Assembly (NCBI GenBank): GCA_963754395.1
Contig: CAVWGJ010000002.1
Location: 101,902 to 125,901, forward strand
Reading direction: 5' to 3'
Length of the DNA: 24,000 nt
From: an uncultured Actinomycetota bacterium
GTDB taxonomy: Bacteria > Actinomycetota > Actinomycetes > Actinomycetales > Dermatophilaceae
A program made the translations under genes and the position numbers. The notes under the pieces are model-generated. The model had not been told where the DNA came from. It searched no databases and saw nothing but the letters and a program-made list of their open reading frames with translations. Shown piece by piece: positions 17,336-24,000 of the stretch. Positions within the stretch are counted from its first letter, which is position 1, and every line of letters begins with the position of its first letter.

Positions 17336-18123
17336 GTGGATACTCCGTCCGCCCCGTCCCGAGGGAGCGGCGCCCGGTCGTCGACCGACTCTGGAGCGCG
17401 AGCCGGAAGGCTCAGGTCCATGCACTGGTCGAGCTCGACGTGACCCGGGCTCGCGACCTCATCGCGTTGGCGGAGCCGCACGTGTCGTGGACCGGGTTCG
17501 TCATCAGCACCCTTGGCCGCGCGGTGGCCCGCCACCCGGAGGTCAACGCCCGCCGCGCTGGTAACAAGATCCTCCACTTCGAGCACGTCGACGTGGGCGC
17601 GACCGTGGAGCGGCAGTGGGCGGGACGCACCATGCTCGACGTTGTGGTGGTGCGCGAGGCAAACCGGCTGTCCGCTGCGGAGGTCACCGAGGTCTTGGCC
17701 AAGGCCAAGCACAGCGCGCCGCTCGAACGTCGCCCGAGCGGAGTGATCGGGCAGCTGCTGCGCCTGCCCGGGCCGATCCGTCGAGCCAGCGTCCGCATGG
17801 TCGCGACGAGGCCGCGTGTGTCCGCGCACTTCGGCCCCGCCGTGGGAGTGACCTCGCTCGGCATGTTCACGCGGGGCTGGTGTTGGGCGATCCCGCTCGC
17901 ACCGCTGACCCTGATCGCCACGGTCGGCGGCGTGGTCGACCGGCCGGCGGTGCGCGAAGGCGTCATCGTGGCCCGCGCCATGTTGCCGCTGACCGTGACC
18001 TTCGACCACGCGGTTGTTGACGGAGCACCAGCCGCACGGTTCATCGACACGATGCGCGAGCTGACCGAGACCGCCGCCGCCCTAGGCGACATCGGAGTTC
18101 CCCGTCCGGTGTCGGGTGGCTGA
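17332..18123 (+). CDS. 2-oxoacid dehydrogenase E2-type acyltransferase catalytic domain protein (stand-alone)
   Basis: TTG 17332 overlaps the esterase stop (TTGA). The C-terminal ..LPLTVTFDHAVVDGAPAARFIDTMRELTE matches the DHRxxDG catalytic motif of the CAT-fold E2 family. No lipoyl or subunit-binding domain is encoded. The start is uncertain. Confidence 0.7.
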   Translation: MSGYSVRPVPRERRPVVDRLWSASRKAQVHALVELDVTRARDLIALAEPHVSWTGFVISTLGRAVARHPEVNARRAGNKILHFEHVDVGATVERQWAGRTMLDVVVVREANRLSAAEVTEVLAKAKHSAPLERRPSGVIGQLLRLPGPIRRASVRMVATRPRVSAHFGPAVGVTSLGMFTRGWCWAIPLAPLTLIATVGGVVDRPAVREGVIVARAMLPLTVTFDHAVVDGAPAARFIDTMRELTETAAALGDIGVPRPVSGG

Positions 18124-18211
18124 TCTCCTGCGGTTGTCACATTGGTGGCTTCTGCGGGGTCGATGGGGTGGCGCCGCAAATCCAGGCGCTCTCCCTCGGA
18201 AGGAGTGCCCC

Positions 18212-18559
18212 ATGAGCACCACCGCAACGATCGTCACCGGGTTCGCCGCTCTCTGGATCGGGTTCTCGGCCTTCTCCGTCTTCACGCACAAGTCGTGGGT
18301 CGTCGACAACTTCGTGGACTACGGCGTGCCTCGTCCCGCCTGGCCGTGGCTCGGTCTGGCCAAGCTGCTCGGCGCCATCGGGCTGCTGGTCGGGATCTGG
18401 GTTCCGGCCATCGGGATCGCCGCCGCCGTCGCCCTCGTCCTGTACTTCGTCGGCGCTGTCGTCACCGTGCTCCGCGCCAAGGCGTGGGCACACGTCCCGT
18501 TCCCGCTGCTCTACCTGGCCCCGGCCGCAGCGGCGGGCCTGCTCATCGCGCAGGCGTGA
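18212..18559 (+). CDS. DoxX-like family membrane protein
   Basis: ATG 18212 lies 6 nt after GGAAGGAG. 115 aa with 4 predicted helices. The ..GLAKLLGAIGLLVG.. pattern is typical of DoxX-like proteins. Confidence 0.7.
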   Translation: MSTTATIVTGFAALWIGFSAFSVFTHKSWVVDNFVDYGVPRPAWPWLGLAKLLGAIGLLVGIWVPAIGIAAAVALVLYFVGAVVTVLRAKAWAHVPFPLLYLAPAAAAGLLIAQA

Positions 18560-18575
18560 GTCACGGTGTGACTCA
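18557..18575. terminator. 8-bp palindrome embedding both convergent stop codons
   Basis: In TGAGTCAC-GGT-GTGACTCA, TGA (18557-18559) ends DoxX and TCA (18573-18575) is the stop of the minus-strand gene. Confidence 0.4.
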
Positions 18576-19148
18576 GCCCTTGAGGGCCGCCTTCTTCGCC
18601 TTCTTGAACTCCCGTACCTTGACGCGGGACTCGTCGTCGACGACGTCCGCGATCGAGCGGTGCCCCGGCTGGCCGTAGTCGCCGGTCGCCTCTTGCCAGC
18701 CCGGTGGAGTCACGCCGAACTGCTTGGCGAGCAGCGCCGCGAAGATCCTCGCCTTCTGGTCGCCGAAGCCGGGCAGGCTGCCGATGCGCTTGACCAGGTC
18801 GACTCCCGACTCGGCACCGGACCAGATGGTGGCGGCGTCGCCGTCCCACTCGTCGACGATCGCCTGGCACAGTTGCTGGGTGCGCTGGGCCATGGACCCC
18901 GGGAAGCGGTGCAGCGCCGGAGGGGTGCGGAAGTACTCGAGCAGCGTCTCCGGCGGAAGCGCCGCGATCGTGGCCGCGTCGAGGTGGTCGGCGCCCATCC
19001 GCTCGGCGAGGACGCTCGGCGAGGTGAAGGCCTTCTCCATCGGGATCTGCTGGTCGAGTTGCATACCCAGCAGGAGCGCGAGCGGGTCGCGTTGGAGGAG
19101 TGCGTTGCCTTCGTCGGTCGTCGCGAGGTGGAGTGCCATGAGCACCAT
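18573..19148 (-). CDS. HhH-GPD-type base excision DNA repair family protein
   Basis: 191 aa. ..LLLGMQLDQQIPMEKAF..L..R.G......IAA........F...PALHRFPGSMA.R...L...I...W.GDA..IW.. and ..LPGFGDQKARIF.ALL.KQFGV.P.GW.. match the actinobacterial HhH-GPD-type protein as I remember it. Confidence 0.75.
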   Translation of the reverse strand: MVLMALHLATTDEGNALLQRDPLALLLGMQLDQQIPMEKAFTSPSVLAERMGADHLDAATIAALPPETLLEYFRTPPALHRFPGSMAQRTQQLCQAIVDEWDGDAATIWSGAESGVDLVKRIGSLPGFGDQKARIFAALLAKQFGVTPPGWQEATGDYGQPGHRSIADVVDDESRVKVREFKKAKKAALKG

Positions 19149-19154
19149 CTTGTC

Positions 19155-19172
19155 GTATGCCGCTGAGCTCGC
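19155..19172 (-). repeat. dispersed repeat copy
   Basis: GTATGCCGCTGAGCTCGC. On the minus strand the motif ends 6 nt upstream of the ATG at 19148. Confidence 0.85.
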
Positions 19173-19223
19173 TCCCGCACGCCCGCTCGCTCCCAGCCCG
19201 CCCGCCCTCCCCCCAGGGCGGTC

Positions 19224-19883
19224 TCAGGGGCGGTGGGGATGGGTGTCGACCCAGGTGGTCGTGCCGGGGGTGACCGTGCCGGCGCCCGAGGTGAGAGACG
19301 CGACGAAGCCGGCCAGCTCGTCGAAGCCGTCGGGCTCGACGCCTGCGATGATGCGCACCCGGGTCGCCAGGTAGTTGACGGTGATCACCGTCGTGCCGGC
19401 GTGGCCGCGGAGGGCGTTCTCGACGCGCGGGCCGTCGGCGTGACTCGCCTCGATGAGTGCCTGGAGCCGCAGCTCCCGCGTCAGGAGAATCGAGGCGTCG
19501 AGTCCGGCGCCCACCGCATCGCCGTAGGCCCGGATGAGCCCGCCGGTCCCGAGCAGGACGCCCCCGAACCACCGCGTCACGACCGCGACGACATCACTGA
19601 CCCCATGCCCTCGCAGGACCTCGAGCATCGGCGCGCCGGCGGTGCCGGACGGTTCGCCATCGTCATTGCTGCGCTGGATCGCCCCGTCAGGCCCCAGGAC
19701 GAAGGCGGTGCAGTGGTGCCGGGCCTCGCGGCTCCCCGAGCGGACCGACTCGATGAACTCGCGGGCCGCCTCCTCCGTCTCCACGCGCTCGAGGTCGCAG
19801 ATGAAGCGCGACCGCCGCACCTCGATCTCGGCACTGGACCGACCCGAGATGGTCAGGTAGGAGCGGAGCGAGCTCAGCGGCAT
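19224..19883 (-). CDS. YigZ family protein (IMPACT/UPF0029)
   Basis: Contains ..AEIEVRRSRFICDL..EEAAREFIESVR....EARHHCTAFVLG......SNDDGEPSGTAGAPML.VL......DVVAVVTRWFGGVLLGTGGLIRAYG... The only ATG/GTG start available lies inside a dispersed repeat copy. Confidence 0.85.
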   Translation of the reverse strand: MPLSSLRSYLTISGRSSAEIEVRRSRFICDLERVETEEAAREFIESVRSGSREARHHCTAFVLGPDGAIQRSNDDGEPSGTAGAPMLEVLRGHGVSDVVAVVTRWFGGVLLGTGGLIRAYGDAVGAGLDASILLTRELRLQALIEASHADGPRVENALRGHAGTTVITVNYLATRVRIIAGVEPDGFDELAGFVASLTSGAGTVTPGTTTWVDTHPHRP

Positions 19884-19885
19884 AC
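19868..19885 (+). repeat. dispersed repeat copy
   Basis: GCGAGCTCAGCGGCATAC. It overlaps the yigZ-like start codon (minus strand) and lies 61 nt upstream of crcB. Confidence 0.85.
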
Positions 19886-19946
19886 CCTTTCATCGGCGTG
19901 GACAGCGGGACGCCACGAGTATGCCCGTCGGCACGAAAGGACACGA

Positions 19947-20450
19947 ATGGGCTCACACCCGCCGCACGGTCCCGTGCACGGCCCGGTCGACCCCGACGTC
20001 ACGCCCGATGACGTGCGGACGAGCCAGGTCGACCACGCGCTCGTGCGCGACCGCCTCGACGTGCTCGGGGTCATCGCGGCAGGCGGGGCGCTCGGTGCGG
20101 CGGCGCGGTATGCGGCGGGCGAGCTGTGGCCACACGCAGCCGATGGTGTCCCGTGGGCGACCTTGGGAATCAACGTGATCGGCTCCCTCCTGCTCGGGTT
20201 GCTCATGTTCTACGTGACCGACGTGTGGCCGCTGCGGCGGTATGTCCGGCCGTTCCTCGGCGTCGGCGTGCTCGGGGGGTTCACGACGTTCTCGACCTAT
20301 GCTCTCGAGACGCGGACGCTGCTGGCCCAGGGGCAGGCCGACATCGCTCTTGCCTATCTCGTCGGGACCCTCGTGCTGACCCTCGGCGCCGTGGTGGCGG
20401 GCGCGCTCCTCGGCCGCACGCTGACCCGGACCCGGAGGTCGGGGCCGTGA
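19947..20450 (+). CDS. crcB: fluoride efflux channel CrcB/FluC (first of pair, with N-terminal extension)
   Basis: ATG 19947 lies after GAAAGGA. The core ..GGALGAAARY......PWATLGINVIGSLLLG....GGFTTFSTYALE.. matches CrcB motifs. The start is uncertain (several in-frame GTGs). The long ORF from 19233 is antisense to yigZ and was trimmed. Confidence 0.85.
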   Translation: MGSHPPHGPVHGPVDPDVTPDDVRTSQVDHALVRDRLDVLGVIAAGGALGAAARYAAGELWPHAADGVPWATLGINVIGSLLLGLLMFYVTDVWPLRRYVRPFLGVGVLGGFTTFSTYALETRTLLAQGQADIALAYLVGTLVLTLGAVVAGALLGRTLTRTRRSGP

Positions 20451-20827
20451 CGCTCGTGCTCGTGCTGATCGGCGGGGCTGTGGGCGCGCCGCTGCGGTAT
20501 GTGATGGACCTGGCGGTGCAGCGGTGGCACGGGGGCCGGTTCCCGTGGGGGACGCTCGTCGTCAACGTATGCGGGTCGCTGCTGCTCGGCATCCTGCTCG
20601 GCGCCGCGGCATCCGGGACTTCTGACGTGGCGTCCACCGGCGTCCTCGCTCTCGTCGCGACGGGGTTCTGCGGGGCCCTGACGACGTACTCGACGTTCAG
20701 CTTCGAGACGGTTCGGCTCATCGAGGACGGCGCCATCACGGCGGCCCTCGGCAACGTGCTCCTGAGCCTGGGGTGTGGGCTCGGGGCGGGCGCCCTCGGC
20801 TGGGCGTTGGCGCAGGCGGTGCTCTGA
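20447..20827 (+). CDS. crcB: fluoride efflux channel CrcB/FluC (second of pair)
   Basis: GTG 20447 overlaps the upstream stop (GTGA). Contains ..GGAVGAPLRY....FPWGTLVVNVCGSLLLG...GFCGALTTYSTFSFE... Confidence 0.9.
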   Translation: MTLVLVLIGGAVGAPLRYVMDLAVQRWHGGRFPWGTLVVNVCGSLLLGILLGAAASGTSDVASTGVLALVATGFCGALTTYSTFSFETVRLIEDGAITAALGNVLLSLGCGLGAGALGWALAQAVL

Positions 20828-20847
20828 GCCTCGGCCGAGTCAGCCTC

Positions 20848-22515
20848 TCAGTGGCCGCGGAAGGCCTCCTCGAGCCACCAGGACGGCTGGTCTCCACGGA
20901 CCTTGGCATCGATGAGCAGGGGAGTGTCACGTGAGCCCCCGATCCACGCCCGGACGGCGTCGAGGTCGCGGACGGTCCGCACCGTCACGCCGGTGAAGCC
21001 GTAGCCGCGAGCGATCGCGGCGATGTCCGTCTCCGGGAAGGTGACCGTGTCCATGGGATGTCCGCCCGCGGCGAAGTGGTGGACCTCGGCCCCATAGGCC
21101 TCGTCGTTGTAGACCACGACGACCATCGGGAGACCCAGACGACGAACCGTGTCGAGCTCGGCGGCGCTCATCATGAGTCCTCCGTCGCCGACCGCGGCGA
21201 CGGGGAGCCGGTCGGGCTGCGCCAGCGCCGCACCGATCGTGGTCGCAAGGCCCAGCCCGATCGACTGGAACGCCTGCGTGAAGCAGAAGCCGCGCTCGTC
21301 CGGAACCCGCAGGAACATGCTCGGGTAGCCCATGAAGTTGCCGGAGTCCACGCCGACGACGCGCTGGGTCGGCAGGAGGTCGTCCAGGGCGATGGTCAGG
21401 GTCCGCGGGTCGATCTGGTCAGCGGTGCTCGTGTCCTCGAACGGCACGTCGCGCCAAGCCAACTCGCGGGCGAGACGTGCGGCGAGCTCCGGCGATCGGT
21501 ATCCAGCACGTCCGGCAGCCCCGGCCCCGAGGTCGGCTTCGAGCAGCGCCTCGTCCACGGCCGCGGCGGTCAGCGCGACATCGCCGTGGACTCCGAAGGT
21601 CAGCTCACGGTGTGCTCCCAGCGCGTCCGCCGTGTCGTCCACCTGCACCACCGTGGCTCCGGGAGCGATCAACGTGCCGTGCCGCATCGTCCACATGTTC
21701 AGGGCACATCCCCATCCGACGATGAGGTCGGCGCCGTGGATCAGCTCGGCTGCCAGCGGCGACGCGAACCCGCCCGACACGTCCAAGGAGAACGGCTCGC
21801 CCACGAAGAGGCCCTTGGCGACGGCGGAGGTGGCCAGCAGGGCACCCGAGCGCTCGCCGAGCGCGACGATCGCATCGCGAGCCGCGTGGGACCGCGCACC
21901 CCGGCCGGCAACGAAGACCGGCCTCGACGCAGCCGACAGCGCAGCCGCCAGTCGCTCGACCTCGCTCTGCGAGGGGGTGGGCGGCGCTGGTGCCTGCGGC
22001 AGCTCGATCGTCTCGGTCGACTCCCTGTCCGGCAGCTCGTGAGCCTGGATCTCGAGCGGGAGGTTGAGCACGACGGTGGCGCGCTGGTGCACCGCTGTGA
22101 AGACCGCGTCGACCGCGTCGGCCAACGCGGTCTCGGCGGACGTCACGCGTCGCGACACCGCGCCGACCGCCTCCGCGAGCCCCGCTTGGTCCACGTAGAA
22201 GTTCGACCGCGGCTGCGTCGCCTCGGCGGTGACCACGACGAGCGGCGTCCGCGACTTGGCCGCCTCGGCGATTCCGGTCATCGCATTGGTGAGCCCACAT
22301 CCTTGATGCACGGTCAGCGCAGCGGGGCGACCGCTCGTGCGCGCAAAGGCATCGGCCATCGTCGCGCCGCCGCCCTCGTGCCGGCTCGCGACGAACCGGG
22401 CCCCGGCGGCCACCATCGCGTTGGTCACGTGGAAGTTGCCTGACCCCACGACTCCGAAGACATGGTCGACCCCGGCGGTGACCAGCGCCCGCCCCACCGC
22501 CTCGGCGACGATCAC
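20848..22515 (-). CDS. thiamine diphosphate-dependent enzyme (acetolactate synthase / benzoylformate decarboxylase-like)
   Basis: GTG start. The N-terminal Pyr domain has ..GVDHVFGVVGSGNF....RFVASRHEGGGATMADAFAR.SGRPAALTVHQGCGLTNAMTGIAEA... The C-terminal PP domain has ..GDGGLMMSAAELDTV.R..LPMVVVVYNDEAYG.. (GDG..N ThDP motif). Confidence 0.85.
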   Translation of the reverse strand: MIVAEAVGRALVTAGVDHVFGVVGSGNFHVTNAMVAAGARFVASRHEGGGATMADAFARTSGRPAALTVHQGCGLTNAMTGIAEAAKSRTPLVVVTAEATQPRSNFYVDQAGLAEAVGAVSRRVTSAETALADAVDAVFTAVHQRATVVLNLPLEIQAHELPDRESTETIELPQAPAPPTPSQSEVERLAAALSAASRPVFVAGRGARSHAARDAIVALGERSGALLATSAVAKGLFVGEPFSLDVSGGFASPLAAELIHGADLIVGWGCALNMWTMRHGTLIAPGATVVQVDDTADALGAHRELTFGVHGDVALTAAAVDEALLEADLGAGAAGRAGYRSPELAARLARELAWRDVPFEDTSTADQIDPRTLTIALDDLLPTQRVVGVDSGNFMGYPSMFLRVPDERGFCFTQAFQSIGLGLATTIGAALAQPDRLPVAAVGDGGLMMSAAELDTVRRLGLPMVVVVYNDEAYGAEVHHFAAGGHPMDTVTFPETDIAAIARGYGFTGVTVRTVRDLDAVRAWIGGSRDTPLLIDAKVRGDQPSWWLEEAFRGH

Positions 22516-22518
22516 GAC

Positions 22519-23289
22519 TCAGTCCTCGACGAGGGCGAGCACCCGCACCGGTGATCCCGAGCCACCGACGATCTTGAGCGGCGACGCGACGACCACCGCG
22601 CCGACAGGGGGCAGGTGGTCGAGGTTCTGCAGCTGCGTGAGGCCGTACTTGCCGGCGCCCAAGAGGAACGAGTGGCACGGGAAGGCCGGCTCGAACGAGT
22701 GCGCGGCCCCGGCATCGGTCCCCACGGTCTCGACGCCGATGCCCTGGAAAGGCGACTCCTCCGCCACCCACCGGGCGCAGTCCACGGACATGCCCGGGCT
22801 CGTCGGCCCGGTGTCCGTCCGGTTGATCATCTCCTCCTGCGTCACCCTGCCCGACCACCCGGTGCGGCAGAGCAGCCAGCCACCTTGCGGCAGCGGACCG
22901 TGCTCGGTGGCGAAGGCCTCGATGTCGGCGACCTCGATGAGGAAGTTCGGGTTCTCCTCGACCCGCGACGTGACGTCGAGCACGACCGCCGGCGCCATGA
23001 ACGCCGAGACCGGAACCGTCGCGATGTCGTCCCTGTCCTTGCCGCTGACCCAATGGATCGGCGCGTCGAAGTGGGTCCCCGTGTGCTCGCCGGTGTGGAA
23101 GTTGTTCCAGTACCAGGCTGGTCCGCGGTCGTCGTAGCGGCTGATCTCCTCGAGCTCGAACCGGGCCGTCTGCCCCAGTTCCGGCGGCAGCTCGATCAGT
23201 GGCGTTTCGCTCGAGAGCGGTGCGGTGAGGTCGATGACCCGGACGGAGCCCGAGGCCAGTGCGGCAGTGAGATCTGACAGGACGGGCAT
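22519..23289 (-). CDS. cyclase family protein (kynurenine formamidase-like metal hydrolase fold)
   Basis: ATG 23289 lies after GAGGAG. Contains HTGEHTGTHFDAPIHW (HxGTHxDxPxH motif). The stop is 3 nt before the ThDP-enzyme start, so the two form an operon. Confidence 0.8.
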   Translation of the reverse strand: MPVLSDLTAALASGSVRVIDLTAPLSSETPLIELPPELGQTARFELEEISRYDDRGPAWYWNNFHTGEHTGTHFDAPIHWVSGKDRDDIATVPVSAFMAPAVVLDVTSRVEENPNFLIEVADIEAFATEHGPLPQGGWLLCRTGWSGRVTQEEMINRTDTGPTSPGMSVDCARWVAEESPFQGIGVETVGTDAGAAHSFEPAFPCHSFLLGAGKYGLTQLQNLDHLPPVGAVVVASPLKIVGGSGSPVRVLALVED

Positions 23290-23390
23290 GTGCGGCTCCT
23301 CGTTGAGCAGTTCTGCGCCGCAGCGGCGCTCGTTCCTGACCGTAGGGCCAAGCGGAGGCACTGCCAACCCCTCGGGGTTTCGCGTGAGGA

Positions 23391-23427
23391 CTCGTATCCT
23401 GCTCCGCGAGTCGGAGCAGGATGCGAG
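23391..23427. promoter_or_regulatory. 16-bp-arm inverted repeat in divergent intergenic region (candidate operator or 5'-UTR hairpin)
   Basis: CTCGTATCCTGCTCCG-CGAGT-CGGAGCAGGATGCGAG has one T/G mismatch in 16 bp. It lies about 100 nt upstream of the cyclase start codon. Confidence 0.45.
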
Positions 23428-23634
23428 CCACGCGGCGGATCAGACTTCCGCCCCGCGCAGTCCCGTGATCATTTCGTTATGAAAGTTTCGGACAACTCCG
23501 ATTATCGTCACGTAGTGATTGCTGTCACCTCGGGTGACGTGCGATCTCGCCCCGGATGGTGCTGGAGCAGGCGGCGCGCCGGGACACCCGCCGAAGTCAA
23601 CCCTGCAGTGTCGCGGGGTTGGAAGGGGATTCCC

Positions 23635-24000
23635 TTGCGAGCAAAGAGATTCAAGAGACTCGCGGCCTGCACGGCCGTCGCCACGCTGTTCGGCCTGGGC
23701 CTCGCGGCGCCAGCCTCGGCAGACCACGTCTACGACCCACCGCCCGATCTCGGCAGTGCCGGGGACACGACCATCTGGGTGCCGATCAACGACAGTGCAG
23801 CGGGCGGCACGTGCTACCAGCCGTTCACTCGCGTCTACGCCGGCGCGACCGATGAGGGCACGCCCGTCTACATCTACGTCCCCCAGGGCACGCCACTGGA
23901 CGGCACGGCCCCGACCGGGGTGCACAGTCTCGACCCCGTCCTTCGACCACAACCCGGACGACGAGTTCATCCCGTGCGCCGACAACCTCGCCTCGGAGTT
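23635..24000 (+). CDS. secreted protein of unknown function (3' end outside window; reading frame changes near 23917-23921)
   Basis: TTG 23635 lies 6 nt after GGAAGGGG (alternative start GTG 23608). Signal peptide RAKRFKRLAACTAVATLFGLGLAAPASA-DH. High GC3 in frame 1 up to about 23917, then high GC3 moves to frame 2. Confidence 0.55.
   Translation, partial: MRAKRFKRLAACTAVATLFGLGLAAPASADHVYDPPPDLGSAGDTTIWVPINDSAAGGTCYQPFTRVYAGATDEGTPVYIYVPQGTPLDGTAPTGVHSLDPVLRPQPGRRVHPVRRQPRLGV

Noticed and set aside
19886-19946. Fluoride riboswitch upstream of crcB.
   Set aside because: I could not locate the conserved crcB-motif core sequences on the + strand. The only GATGA-like string is on the wrong strand. 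It is recorded as an absence to verify with cmsearch rather than as a feature.
21058-23431. 461-aa (+) and 608-aa (-) ORFs overlapping the ThDP-enzyme and cyclase genes.
   Set aside because: These are shadow or alternative-frame ORFs. The 608-aa one runs across two genes in a different frame with extreme Arg/Gly/Pro content.
23440-23985. 181-aa minus-strand ORF at the window end.
   Set aside because: It is antisense to a plus-strand frame with a clear signal peptide and strong GC3 bias. Its own 5' part runs through the AT-rich intergenic island.

Overview
Very GC-rich DNA with strong third-position GC bias, consistent with an actinobacterial chromosome. Most of the window is conserved housekeeping core. 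One block is the mfd 3' end, a lipoprotein, mazG, eno, a septum-formation initiator, DUF501 and ppx, which as I recall mirrors M. tuberculosis Rv1020-Rv1026. A polyprenyl-phosphate sugar transferase sits on the opposite strand inside it. A second block is a Bax-inhibitor-like membrane protein, a small hypothetical, a thiolase, a lipoprotein, an SGNH hydrolase and cystathionine beta-synthase (compare Rv1072-Rv1077). After that come a carboxylesterase coupled to a stand-alone E2-like acyltransferase, DoxX, an HhH-GPD repair protein, YigZ/IMPACT, two crcB genes, a cyclase plus ThDP-enzyme operon, and the start of a secreted protein. The only clearly accessory DNA is an IS200/IS605-family element (decayed tnpA, apparently intact tnpB) inserted beside a tRNA with anticodon UAA. 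I found no CRISPR array, prophage, toxin-antitoxin pair or recognisable defence operon, and I cannot point to a convincing new multi-gene system. Five things are not explained by the gene list. (1) A dispersed ~20-nt repeat (GGAGCGAGCTCAGCGGCATAC) has at least 9 strong copies, almost all between genes. (2) The tRNA looks like tRNA-Leu(UAA) in its D arm, anticodon loop and discriminator but has only a 5-nt variable loop. (3) A 3x tandem 32-bp repeat with inverted copies fills a 365-bp gap between convergent genes. (4) There are several long perfect or near-perfect inverted repeats. (5) Two reading-frame breaks fall at 4-nt homopolymer runs, so they may be assembly indels rather than biology. 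All product calls rest on motif recognition and synteny from memory, not on database searches.
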